Positions 28,001 through 36,221 of a stretch of 51,706 bases of DNA are shown here, piece by piece (the first letter of the stretch is position 1; every line of letters begins with the position of its first letter). The notes below the pieces were generated by a model. It worked only from the letters and a program-made list of their open reading frames with translations, was not told the origin of the DNA and did not search any database. Where the stretch lies: IMG/VR virus record IMGVR_UViG_3300030620_000008, positions 1 to 51,706 of that record; one strand, 5' to 3'. The DNA is from a virus. Its lineage: Duplodnaviria > Caudoviricetes. A program made the translations under genes and the position numbers.

Positions 28001-30062
28001 TAAATACTTCAGCATTAAAGATGAAGCATTTGGCGCAATGGTTGACTTCACTGATGTACTTAGACAAACAGCCAGGGCTAAAGGTACTTCTGTAGGGTTA
28101 ATAGTTGACACCGGGCCGGAGGTTTTAAATGATATCATCAGAACCCAATCACAACATTTTGAAAGTGTCCTTCGGCGAACACGAGCGATGTTCTTCGAAC
28201 CACAACTCAATTATATGCAACAAATGCTCTCAAGAAGTGCACCTATCTCAGCTGCTAGAAGAGGTGAAAGTCCTTGGCAAATGTATACTGCTAGTATTAT
28301 GGGGAATCCTAGTATTAATCCCAATGATATTGCCGGCCGCGGTTATTTCGCTATTGAAAATATTATGGATAATATGCTTAATGCTGCCTGGGATAGAATG
28401 CGTGAAAGCAAAGGTATTAAAGCTCCTGCAGCGGTTAAAAATCCGGATGCTGCGTATAATAGATTGAAAGAAAGTCTTGGTGATTTTAATCCATTTCAAA
28501 ATGCAGCTGATTATGCTGAACGAACTCTTAATGTTAAACATCCACCGCAGTTAAAGAGATTATTTGCCGGATTAAATTCATTTACTTCATTGGTAACACT
28601 TCGATTAATGGAAGTTAGTCATTCGCTATTAACACTTATGAGCCTCGGCGCGACAATGCCGGGTGTAATAGCCGGGGCTAGAAAACAAATTGGTGAGACA
28701 CAGCAACAACATTCTGCAAGAGTTGGTACATTTTATAGATTGATTGATAAAGATAACGCGATGTTTAGCCCAGCCAGGGCAATGGCAGATAGTTTTCATT
28801 TCATGTTTACTAAAGAAGGTAGAGAGGTTTATAAGCGTGCAAGTGAATTAGGCTTCATGGATCAAACTGTTGCTGAAATTTTCAAGACCATGACTGCACC
28901 GCAACAAGGTTATCATAGTAATTTGATTAAAAACATCGGCAGAATTACTACATTTTTAAGTGATGAAAGTGAACGCCTTGCACGCGGTATTAGTTTTATA
29001 ACTGGTTATAGAATTGCAACTAAAGGGTTGGAGATAAAAAATGAGAAAGCCGCATTTGCGTTTGGACATAGATTTGCTGATGAGGTTATTGGAAATTACC
29101 ATCCTAATAATAGACCAAAAATGTTTCAAGGCGCTGTTGGTATGCCGCTTGGATTGTTTATGACATTTATGCAAAATTACTATCAAAGATTATTTGGATA
29201 TATAGAAAGTAGAGATGCAAGAGCCGCTGTTATACAATTTGCAACACAAGCCTCAGTGTTTGGCGGATCAACAGTTCCTGGGTTTAACCAATTTGCAGAC
29301 TTCTTTGCGAGTAACTATGATGGCTCTACTAATATTGTTGATGGGATGTATAGTAAATTCGGTGACGATGTTACTGATGCATTTTTATACGGGGGAGTTG
29401 CGAACATACCATTCATGTATGGTTTTGGCGATGGCTTTGGTATATATCAACGAGGTGATACTTCTATTCGCTCTATTCCGTCTGTATTCACTTTAGAAAA
29501 TACTCCAATAGTTACTATGTTCCGTGATGGTTTCAATGCGGTAGGAGAGGCTGTAAGTGCGGCGAGAAGTGGTGGATTTACTGATCAGCGTATCGCAGAA
29601 ATCCTTGGCTCGTATTCTACAAATAGGTTTCTTCGTAATATGGCTATGTTTTACGCTGATGTTTCTGTTGATCGTAGAGGGCAGGTTGTTAGTAGAGATA
29701 TTAGAAGCGATTTTGGCGCAATTAGTAGACTTGCCGGATTGAGACCGTTGAGTGAGACTAGTCAGAGTGAAGCTTATTACAGGCTGAGAAGTACTGAATT
29801 TAGTCGCGCCGCGGGAATGGAGCGTTTACGTGACAATGTTAGAAGTCGGGCCCGAGATGGTAGTCTCAATGCTGATACCGTGAATGATGCCGTTGCTGAA
29901 TATGCTAAGTATGGTGGAAGCGTTCAACACTTCGGTAGATTTCTTCGAGATAATATTATCGTAGGGACAGTTGATAGAGAGCAGAAGAAGGTAATTGATT
30001 TGTTGAAATCTAGTAACCGCGCTCAGGATGCGTTAAGGTTGATGGAAGTATTGCCGGAGTAA
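25035..30062 (+). CDS. Large internal virion/ejection protein (T7 gp16-like role)
   Basis: About 1675 aa, last large gene of the structural arm; VIGNYHPNNRPKMFQG..G....LFMTF segment. Confidence 0.7.
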   Translation: MALFTDNMVELAPSDPNQFTGPQISTSNEEFKNRETRTAEHILMFPPAAAAGAVQTFGESLYLFNSNSVEKFLNTYMQPLGSYYSRNKSPAQTVGDLTGLFIPAIGASKILRTVQGLDKISELTQSSRLAKTIIGRSGEADEVLGLLRARDRYLSSRGAFDVLDQDITRKQLARRARTAGAGEVIRDTIAGELAILGTMHSSDTLYPEDFTAMDHLALNALFPGVFAAARVSQINKLIRNSAQSVARESVLARNPADLPLDQIISQPGNRDLGLTVYAEARKVAARERDQAASTDTDIKSNFDRDEKAFSVKMKEQVELLGKDTIVKDWTKRTVLSKEQVQTIMDAENDFPTTMLGAYSVQNVPDNVQGFLNHGKNLAKTKRIQIANIRDRAGEKGRDLSFEEAEQIDKLRKKEELLMSTETYILAADGSMLHAKNYKKIFQDDPEKIITVPRVPGKESRKYTVKQIGFSEEGLVISGHGAKEGGRVKQLKDFSLDEHTSLYALAQRAVKNYKLGEFKIAVPKDANYVQLDYIMELHNKFGNAIMKDLSLPKEWTAGLADVEINSLAQKFKEYKRLRQTTNQQLRSGIKLPQSAIINKDEIARRLNLPLTPFGEIHPVMGLFESIMVADDDFLKAFGDTSHIRRALQEEAFWPHQVQYADADKLALRGKMINWPENKQSSLILKRPVNPLVGTGQTIQRGIEQTRLMKMKGLGAASEYEADLVKLVFDELTTGTAAGATRVAQDVTSLAVGTTRTSQLANLQLTKAMIMAENPSLQAVQAVEVLTDKIFRNQVGKIFEQHNQTFATLRADKGAMDEFNLYTHMRRQGWDLEEASIHGEALNVLGTDGKFMFTLSNTAENKARFERTFGREMEEGDLAPSISPNYVPLAMNEKSFAAASAVNHLDTIYLSNTNHLRRLEGLMPIRRKPWHVPPKNLAKEELFYLIRPDGRLHSVAHGKTIAEAKAKADAETTAAKANGLNLITQSQQDMAKYFSIKDEAFGAMVDFTDVLRQTARAKGTSVGLIVDTGPEVLNDIIRTQSQHFESVLRRTRAMFFEPQLNYMQQMLSRSAPISAARRGESPWQMYTASIMGNPSINPNDIAGRGYFAIENIMDNMLNAAWDRMRESKGIKAPAAVKNPDAAYNRLKESLGDFNPFQNAADYAERTLNVKHPPQLKRLFAGLNSFTSLVTLRLMEVSHSLLTLMSLGATMPGVIAGARKQIGETQQQHSARVGTFYRLIDKDNAMFSPARAMADSFHFMFTKEGREVYKRASELGFMDQTVAEIFKTMTAPQQGYHSNLIKNIGRITTFLSDESERLARGISFITGYRIATKGLEIKNEKAAFAFGHRFADEVIGNYHPNNRPKMFQGAVGMPLGLFMTFMQNYYQRLFGYIESRDARAAVIQFATQASVFGGSTVPGFNQFADFFASNYDGSTNIVDGMYSKFGDDVTDAFLYGGVANIPFMYGFGDGFGIYQRGDTSIRSIPSVFTLENTPIVTMFRDGFNAVGEAVSAARSGGFTDQRIAEILGSYSTNRFLRNMAMFYADVSVDRRGQVVSRDIRSDFGAISRLAGLRPLSETSQSEAYYRLRSTEFSRAAGMERLRDNVRSRARDGSLNADTVNDAVAEYAKYGGSVQHFGRFLRDNIIVGTVDREQKKVIDLLKSSNRAQDALRLMEVLPE

Positions 30063-30097
30063 GACTGGAGTAAGACTGGAGTAAAACCAGAATGAAA
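30054..30097 (+). repeat. 11-bp tandem repeat, 3 good units plus 1 degenerate
   Basis: CCGGAGTAAGA CTGGAGTAAGA CTGGAGTAAAA CCAGAATGAAA. Confidence 0.85.
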
Positions 30098-30268
30098 TTT
30101 GTAGAGCAAGAGATTAAAGAAATTAAGGATGATTTAAAATCTATTAAGCATGATATAAAAAAATTAGAAATACGATTAAATCTTTATGGAAAGCCTATAC
30201 GTGACGCAAAAGAAATAGTTGACGCATTAGAAATTCAAGGACCTGGTTTCCTTAATTCCCCAAAATAG
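30092..30268 (+). CDS. 58-aa coiled-coil protein (not in ORF track)
   Basis: MKFVEQEIKEIKDDLKSIKHDIKKLEIRL...; GGAG SD supplied by the repeat. Confidence 0.6.
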   Translation: MKFVEQEIKEIKDDLKSIKHDIKKLEIRLNLYGKPIRDAKEIVDALEIQGPGFLNSPK

Positions 30269-30477
30269 AGATCTCTTATATAACCAAATTGGTTATGATG
30301 ATATAATACTATTTTGAAATCAAGTGCTTGGCTGTTTTCATCGCGGATTATAAATTCCCCACAGGCTTGTGTTCTTAGATGAAGGTGTTGCGCCAAATCT
30401 ATTAATGTATCAATTTTATTAGATCGCATATATAGTTTTAGTAATTGATTATCCGAACTATATAAACCATATTTCAT
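30235..30477 (-). CDS. Hypothetical protein
   Basis: 80 aa, tightly packed last gene of the - arm. Confidence 0.6.
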   Translation of the reverse strand: MKYGLYSSDNQLLKLYMRSNKIDTLIDLAQHLHLRTQACGEFIIRDENSQALDFKIVLYHHNQFGYIRDLYFGELRKPGP

Positions 30478-30480
30478 TTT

Positions 30481-30786
30481 TCATTCGGCACCTGTAGGTT
30501 GATGCCCGCTTTTCTTAACAATAATATTTTCCGCATCAACAATATGATATATGCATTTTCCGATACCTGATTTAATAGCGACGGATAGTTTATTTGTTTT
30601 CCCATTATATGCAATAATTAACTGATCTTTCGGAAATGAATTTCCTCTGAAATCTGTATATTCTTGTTGCGGAATAACTGATCCTACGATTATTGGTTTC
30701 ATTTCTTGAACAATAGATCGGTTAATATAGATACTCTGATCTTGGCAAAATACGGTGAAGAGTGTGATAGCTAGTGGATTAGTCAT
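30481..30786 (-). CDS. Hypothetical protein
   Basis: 101 aa, SD AAGGAG. Confidence 0.7.
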   Translation of the reverse strand: MTNPLAITLFTVFCQDQSIYINRSIVQEMKPIIVGSVIPQQEYTDFRGNSFPKDQLIIAYNGKTNKLSVAIKSGIGKCIYHIVDAENIIVKKSGHQPTGAE

Positions 30787-30790
30787 TTGT

Positions 30791-31315
30791 CTACTCCTTG
30801 TTTACACCCATGAACATGATGGTTGCACGGTGGTCTTTAGCGTACTTTTTTATTAATGATTTATCAGGCAGCCAAACACTTTGCCATTTTAATTCTAAAT
30901 AGTTTTTATTATCTATGACGCTAAATGCGGGTTTATTCATAATAGTTTCTAACTCTGCAATAATATTATCGACATTCGTGTCAGCTTCTTTATAAATTGT
31001 AGCCGTCACATTTTCTTCACTGCTTAATTTTTCAACGGCTTTTCCACTGCTAACAATTAATTCACCGCGGTCAGTCCAATCATTAATTCTTCTAACTAAA
31101 AATTCGCCGGTTAATTCATTTTGAATACATTTTTCTTTAAAGATTTCAAGTGCTTGTTTAATATTTTGTGCTAATTCTACTTTTAGCATTAAATTAGCGT
31201 TACCAAGACATTCGTAAAGATAAGTCGGTGTAGTTTGTTGTTGATAGTTGTTAACGGCTTTTGTAGCGTTTAAGTGGTGTTGGTGTGACTTGTCTTGATC
31301 GGATTGATTAGTCAT
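30791..31315 (-). CDS. Hypothetical protein
   Basis: 174 aa, overlaps the upstream gene. Confidence 0.7.
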   Translation of the reverse strand: MTNQSDQDKSHQHHLNATKAVNNYQQQTTPTYLYECLGNANLMLKVELAQNIKQALEIFKEKCIQNELTGEFLVRRINDWTDRGELIVSSGKAVEKLSSEENVTATIYKEADTNVDNIIAELETIMNKPAFSVIDNKNYLELKWQSVWLPDKSLIKKYAKDHRATIMFMGVNKE

Positions 31316-31577
31316 TTGCTTGCCCCGTTTGGCGTCGACGTTCTCTAAGCATTAAACCTAATTCTCTCCAAGTTATTTCTTTTGCGCCATGTTGTATAGC
31401 AAGTTTCTTTTTTGATAAACAAATATCATAGTGATTACGTTGATACCATTTTCTAGCAACACCAATCTTATCTGCCATTTGATGTAATTCTTCTTCAGTA
31501 TCAGCAATCATATGACACATTATCATACGTCTAAAAGGTGCATTCATATCATCTATATAGACTGTCACTTTTTTCAC
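31308..31577 (-). CDS. DUF4031 family protein
   Basis: VYIDD..MCHMIADTEEELHQMADKIG..RKWYQ..HYDI...A.QHGA. Confidence 0.85.
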   Translation of the reverse strand: MKKVTVYIDDMNAPFRRMIMCHMIADTEEELHQMADKIGVARKWYQRNHYDICLSKKKLAIQHGAKEITWRELGLMLRERRRQTGQAND

Positions 31578-32911
31578 TCCACCTTCTTCGCCCGCACATC
31601 TTCTAATCTAGTAATATTATCTGGTTGCTTATTTAAATTCAATTCATTAATAACAGCTTCAATATCAAATAGTTTCCGTCTAAGCATAAACAATTCTCCT
31701 TTTTTAGGATCAGTAATTTTTTCAATACTATTAGATAATACTAATTCTTCTACAGCTTTTAGAAAATCAAAATTACTTTTAACATCTTTCCTTAAAGTCT
31801 TCCAAAGGACGCCAAGTGTAACTGGTTTATCAATGTATTGAAGGAATTCTATTACTTTTTGTTTTGCTGCGCCGGCTGGTGATAGGCCGAATTCTCCTAA
31901 TGCTTCTGGCATGAATTGTTCAGTAGCTGTTAATATAGCATTGGCCTCTATTACATCATCAGCTGTTATAGTATAACTAATTCTCCCGGCCGCCAATAGC
32001 ATTGATAATTTAAGTGCATGAATATGTCTCCTATTACAATAATAAACAAATCTCGGATCATCTATTGTAATATCTTGGTCATATATATCATGTGAGACAC
32101 CCCACGCCTCACGTGTCATTTTCATTTCACCTTCCATTTTGTAAAATAGATGACTATAAACATTTTCAATTTCTTTTGCTAAATAATTATCCGGTTCAGC
32201 CGGCGGATATTTACCTTTTCTTTTTTTACTAGCAAATACAAATACTAATCTGGAAGAAAATCCACTACCTACAGATAATGATGGCAGACATTCATTTAAT
32301 GTAGATGGTTGTGTACCTGCTAATATTGACAATAGAGGTTCCTTAATAATCTTAGTAGCGGCTGAAGTTGAATAATCATAATCTGATCCGTCCCAGCATT
32401 TTATTAAAAATGTAGTTAATTCTCTGGAATTAGTTCCAATTAAACTATCTAATTCACTAGCTACCGCGTATAATACATGTTTATCTTTTGGATGTATATG
32501 CATTTCTATGCTACTCAGATCAACTGGCCTTCCACTAGCAGCGATGCTTACTATGTTTTCTAATTCAATTTCACTTAATGACGCATCTTTTTCTGTTTCT
32601 GATATGAATTTTCTAATCAATCCCTGTCTCTGTCCCGCAGTATCATCTGGCGCAAATCTGATCTTTGTGGCCTTTTTTAGCCTATCAAGCATCCATTTAA
32701 TCGCAGTAGATTTTCTGGCGGCGGGCGGACCAACTAAGATTACATAAGTATTAGGGTATAGTTGTTCAATTCCAAATTGGTGATATACTCTCCTACCTAA
32801 CGCAGCACTTAATCCACTAATACCGCACCATAGATTGAATATAATTTGCGGCTCAGTGTATTCAGTGTATTCGGAATACACTTGTAGAAACGGGTTCTTA
32901 AAGACAATCAT
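31574..32911 (-). CDS. DUF3987/YfjI-type P-loop NTPase (candidate replicative helicase)
   Basis: LYPNTYVILVGPPAARKST (Walker A variant), ASELDSL (Walker B), WDG, GFSSRLVFV; possible C-terminal winged helix. Confidence 0.78.
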   Translation of the reverse strand: MIVFKNPFLQVYSEYTEYTEPQIIFNLWCGISGLSAALGRRVYHQFGIEQLYPNTYVILVGPPAARKSTAIKWMLDRLKKATKIRFAPDDTAGQRQGLIRKFISETEKDASLSEIELENIVSIAASGRPVDLSSIEMHIHPKDKHVLYAVASELDSLIGTNSRELTTFLIKCWDGSDYDYSTSAATKIIKEPLLSILAGTQPSTLNECLPSLSVGSGFSSRLVFVFASKKRKGKYPPAEPDNYLAKEIENVYSHLFYKMEGEMKMTREAWGVSHDIYDQDITIDDPRFVYYCNRRHIHALKLSMLLAAGRISYTITADDVIEANAILTATEQFMPEALGEFGLSPAGAAKQKVIEFLQYIDKPVTLGVLWKTLRKDVKSNFDFLKAVEELVLSNSIEKITDPKKGELFMLRRKLFDIEAVINELNLNKQPDNITRLEDVRAKKVE

Positions 32912-32950
32912 AAGTTCAGCGCATGGCTTGAGTGCTCACGCGCTGAACCT
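32912..32950 (-). promoter_or_regulatory. 14-bp hairpin ending at the NTPase start codon
   Basis: AGGUUCAGCGCGUG / CAUGCGCUGAACUU then AUG. Confidence 0.65.
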
Positions 32951-32960
32951 ATTGCCTGTG

Positions 32961-33200
32961 TTACGCGACGTCTGCTGCGTCAATAGCAACGATAAGCGCA
33001 TCCAATTCATTGTGAATTGCTGCTGCTGCCGGCGGATCAATTGATTGAAAAATCGGGCCGACACCTGGAGCACTTGGACGGTCTGAAGGATCACCTATCA
33101 GGGCTCTGAACTTATTGATCTCCGCGATAATCTCCACTTGTGCCGCTGCTGTAATAGGCTCCGTTGGAACTGCGTAACCACCGAACGTTGGAACTGCCAT
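32961..33200 (-). CDS. Small Ala/Pro-rich hypothetical protein
   Basis: 79 aa, SD GGAG. Confidence 0.7.
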   Translation of the reverse strand: MAVPTFGGYAVPTEPITAAAQVEIIAEINKFRALIGDPSDRPSAPGVGPIFQSIDPPAAAAIHNELDALIVAIDAADVA

Positions 33201-33206
33201 CTCGTC

Positions 33207-35708
33207 TTACTCCGTTGTTCCTTGGGTTGAACCAATTGAACTAGTTGAACCTGGGTTGTTAAACGTCAGCGGCACCATTTCTTTTTTGTTCCAAACATGC
33301 CCAATCATTGCATCGACGGGCACAACAAATTGTCTACCGTTAGCTTGACATGGAACATGGACAGTGTCAACAACTAATTTTCTAAGGTGCGGTTTAGTTT
33401 TAGGAATTTGAACTAACATACTGTCATGAAGTTGCAATGATAATAATCCACCTTCATCAAAGAAATTTGTTTTATAGTATAGATTATATAATGCTTTGTT
33501 AATGGCCCCGCTTGTACCGGCTTGTCCAATTTGACTTGCAAGTTCCCGTTGTGTTGAATTGTCATTAATTAAATCACCGAAAAATAATCTGGTTTGTCCC
33601 CAACAATCTGTAAATAGTTTGAAGTTTTTATTCGTCTGCTTGATGATTTCTCTAGTTTGATTAAATGTAGTTGGATATTTTTCATGGTACATCTCAATTA
33701 ATTTACCGCAGAATTTAATTAATTGATCCGACTTCCATTTACTCGCATCTTTATAACCTATTTGTTCAGCGGTAGCTATTGCAGCTTCGTGGCCCATTGT
33801 AACGTACAGTGTAAAACCCATCATAAAATAGTGTGCGCCGTACACTATGCGTTTAGTGTTTTGTCTAACACCTTTAGTACTATGAACAACCCATTCTTCA
33901 TCATTTTTATACCCATTGTAAACTTCTTCATATGGCTTACTGAAGAAATACGCTGCATTAATACAATGTGTATCTCTTGGATCATTTAGTAAATTAATTA
34001 ATTCTTCATCACCTGTTTGATAGGCTGTATAATACATATCACTTTGAGAATAATCCACTTCTAAAAATTCATATCCTTCATCAGCTACGCACATAGCTCG
34101 GATTGGTTTAGGAATATTCTGCCCTTGTGTTCCATATCCTAGATTATGTTTTCTGGAAGCCGCACGATTTGTTTTAGTAGCGCTGGAATTAATTCTAAAG
34201 TACCATCTGTTATTTATTAATGTTAAACCTTTCTCATATTTACTTAAATTATTAGCAGCTTCTTTAACATCTATTAATTGATTAATAATAATTTCTAATA
34301 ATGGGTGCTGGAACTTTATGATATTTAGATATTTCTTATCTGTAGTACGCTCCTTTTCCCCTTTTAAAAGTGGTTGTGCTTTTAATACATCATATATAAG
34401 GCTGGCAACTTGTACAGGTGAATTTTGATTAAAATCTGGATCACTGACCATTAGTTTTAAGTCAGCTAATTTAGTCTCTAATTCTTCTTTAAATCCATTT
34501 AAAATTTTACTGCGCCGATCTTGATCAACTAACAAACCTGTCATTGATGCCAGCAAAGCTGGGCGGGTTAATGGAAAATCTCTTATGTAATTTGTTAATC
34601 CGTATGGTTGAATTAAATTGAGCATTGCTATTGTGGCATATGCTGTATAGTATGTATCTAAGCCGTTGTAATTCAAATACCGATTAAAATTCTCCCGCAT
34701 AATTCTATCGTCAGCGGCGAAATCATCTTCATCTTTACTATCGTCTTTCCAGTAGCGATATTTATCTAATAAAGTTGAACAAATAAACGCAAGATTTCTA
34801 GGAGCTTCTGACCACATTGCGTGGAATAAATAATAGAGATCAAGCCAATACTGATCTACTGGAATATTGTAATACAGTAAATAAGTTAAATCATATGGAC
34901 CGTTTTGGTAAATCTTAGGTACAGGCATTTGTAGAAGTTTTTTAATCCAATACCAAACATCACATTCTTCTTCTGGTATCCAATGGCAATTATTTATTTT
35001 AGTCGGATTATAGAATGGAATAACTAATGTTTTATTTGAACCGTCTTTAAATATTGCTGTGAATGACATACATGTAATAAACGGCTTAGGCCAGCGCCGG
35101 GTTTCTATGTCATGACTGATAAAAATAGCTTTTCTTGCAAGCCTGGCAAAGTTAAATATATCAGTTGTCATTAATGCAATCTTAATATTCGGATCTGGAA
35201 TATTCTTAGGCTTTCCTTCCGCCCATCTTTTAGTCTTAGCCAAATCTCTCATGAATATCCATGTATACCATCTAATGCTTTGCTCATCATCATCCTTTGC
35301 AACTCTTGGTTCAATTGCATAGATTAATTTTTGAACCTCATCCATTACAATACATGGAATTTTATTGTAAAAATAAACACTTCCTCGGCATTTAGGTAGT
35401 GAAGTTATCTGCCGTTCATTGAAGAAACCTAAAGTAGCTTCATCATTAATAACAATTGCTTGCGGTCTTATATTACTGATTAATTGTGTTAAATTAGTAA
35501 ATACTTCGTTTCTTGCATTCGGATTAATAACAATAAGAAAATCTTTTTTTCCTCTTTTAATACGTTTCTCAATCATGGTTTTACATGAATAGTGTAGACT
35601 AGTATAATACATATTATTTTCGGTTAGACCGATTATTTCTAGATAAGGTTTGAGACGGAATTGTAGACCTTTAGAAAAGTTAGGCGGACCTAACCATAAT
35701 ATCTTCAT
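33207..35708 (-). CDS. polA: Family A DNA polymerase with 3'-5' exonuclease and degenerate UDG-like N-terminal domain
   Basis: ExoI HDIET, ExoII QNGPYDL, ExoIII YNGLD; QNIP; motif A DYSQSD; motif B RQNTKRIVYGAHY; motif C LHDS. Confidence 0.93.
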   Translation of the reverse strand: MKILWLGPPNFSKGLQFRLKPYLEIIGLTENNMYYTSLHYSCKTMIEKRIKRGKKDFLIVINPNARNEVFTNLTQLISNIRPQAIVINDEATLGFFNERQITSLPKCRGSVYFYNKIPCIVMDEVQKLIYAIEPRVAKDDDEQSIRWYTWIFMRDLAKTKRWAEGKPKNIPDPNIKIALMTTDIFNFARLARKAIFISHDIETRRWPKPFITCMSFTAIFKDGSNKTLVIPFYNPTKINNCHWIPEEECDVWYWIKKLLQMPVPKIYQNGPYDLTYLLYYNIPVDQYWLDLYYLFHAMWSEAPRNLAFICSTLLDKYRYWKDDSKDEDDFAADDRIMRENFNRYLNYNGLDTYYTAYATIAMLNLIQPYGLTNYIRDFPLTRPALLASMTGLLVDQDRRSKILNGFKEELETKLADLKLMVSDPDFNQNSPVQVASLIYDVLKAQPLLKGEKERTTDKKYLNIIKFQHPLLEIIINQLIDVKEAANNLSKYEKGLTLINNRWYFRINSSATKTNRAASRKHNLGYGTQGQNIPKPIRAMCVADEGYEFLEVDYSQSDMYYTAYQTGDEELINLLNDPRDTHCINAAYFFSKPYEEVYNGYKNDEEWVVHSTKGVRQNTKRIVYGAHYFMMGFTLYVTMGHEAAIATAEQIGYKDASKWKSDQLIKFCGKLIEMYHEKYPTTFNQTREIIKQTNKNFKLFTDCWGQTRLFFGDLINDNSTQRELASQIGQAGTSGAINKALYNLYYKTNFFDEGGLLSLQLHDSMLVQIPKTKPHLRKLVVDTVHVPCQANGRQFVVPVDAMIGHVWNKKEMVPLTFNNPGSTSSIGSTQGTTE

Positions 35709-35738
35709 TAGATTAAGTCCGCCATCTTTTGGTTAGTT

Positions 35739-36089
35739 TTACAAACCACCGGGAGCACGGTCGTGGTTCGCTTTACCGCCACCATGAGCCGCGGCGCTAT
35801 TCATACCAAAGCCTTCCGGTTGTGGACTATTGCCGAGTCGACCAACGAAACGATCATCAGGAGTTCCGCGTCGCTGCGATCCACGTTGGTCCGCATAGGC
35901 ACTGCACGAACGGCATCCGGAGTCCTTATTGGGCCTGTCCGACTCCATTGATAGGAAGGCATGGGCCGTACTTACAATCCAGCCATGCTGTGGCCAGATC
36001 CATGATAGTGGCGCAAAAGTAAAGTACGCGGCTGCAAGGCCAAATAGCAACAAGGCCGTTGCGCCAACAATGGTTAAACGTGGTAGCAT
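35739..36089 (-). CDS. Membrane-anchored hypothetical protein
   Basis: N-terminal hydrophobic helix, then a disordered G/R/S-rich tail; SD GAAGGA; start at 36095 or 36089. Confidence 0.55.
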   Translation of the reverse strand: MLPRLTIVGATALLLFGLAAAYFTFAPLSWIWPQHGWIVSTAHAFLSMESDRPNKDSGCRSCSAYADQRGSQRRGTPDDRFVGRLGNSPQPEGFGMNSAAAHGGGKANHDRAPGGL

Positions 36090-36122
36090 GATCATTCTTT
36101 CCTTCAGGTTTGGTTAAGATAG

Positions 36123-36209
36123 TGGTGCGGGAGACGGGATTTGAACCCGTAATCCTTTTTGAGGAGGCGGATTTTAAGTCCGCTGCGTTTACCATTTCGC
36201 CACTCCCGC
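36123..36209 (-). tRNA. trnL-TAA: tRNA-Leu, anticodon UAA
   Basis: Acceptor stem GCGGGAG/CTCCCGC, anticodon arm GCGGA-CTTAAAA-TCCGC, long variable arm, GGTTCAAATCC, encoded CCA. Confidence 0.96.
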
Positions 36210-36221
36210 AACACACCTTGT

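Noticed and set aside
30054-30097. Mini CRISPR array
   Set aside because: 11-bp units are directly adjacent with no spacers
33207-35708. Intron or intein in the polymerase (also checked in terL and the helicase)
   Set aside because: ORFs are continuous and of normal length, with no splicing or homing endonuclease motifs
36123-36209. tRNA as an attachment site or prophage boundary
   Set aside because: No integrase, no duplicated tRNA 3' end, and no host genes in the window
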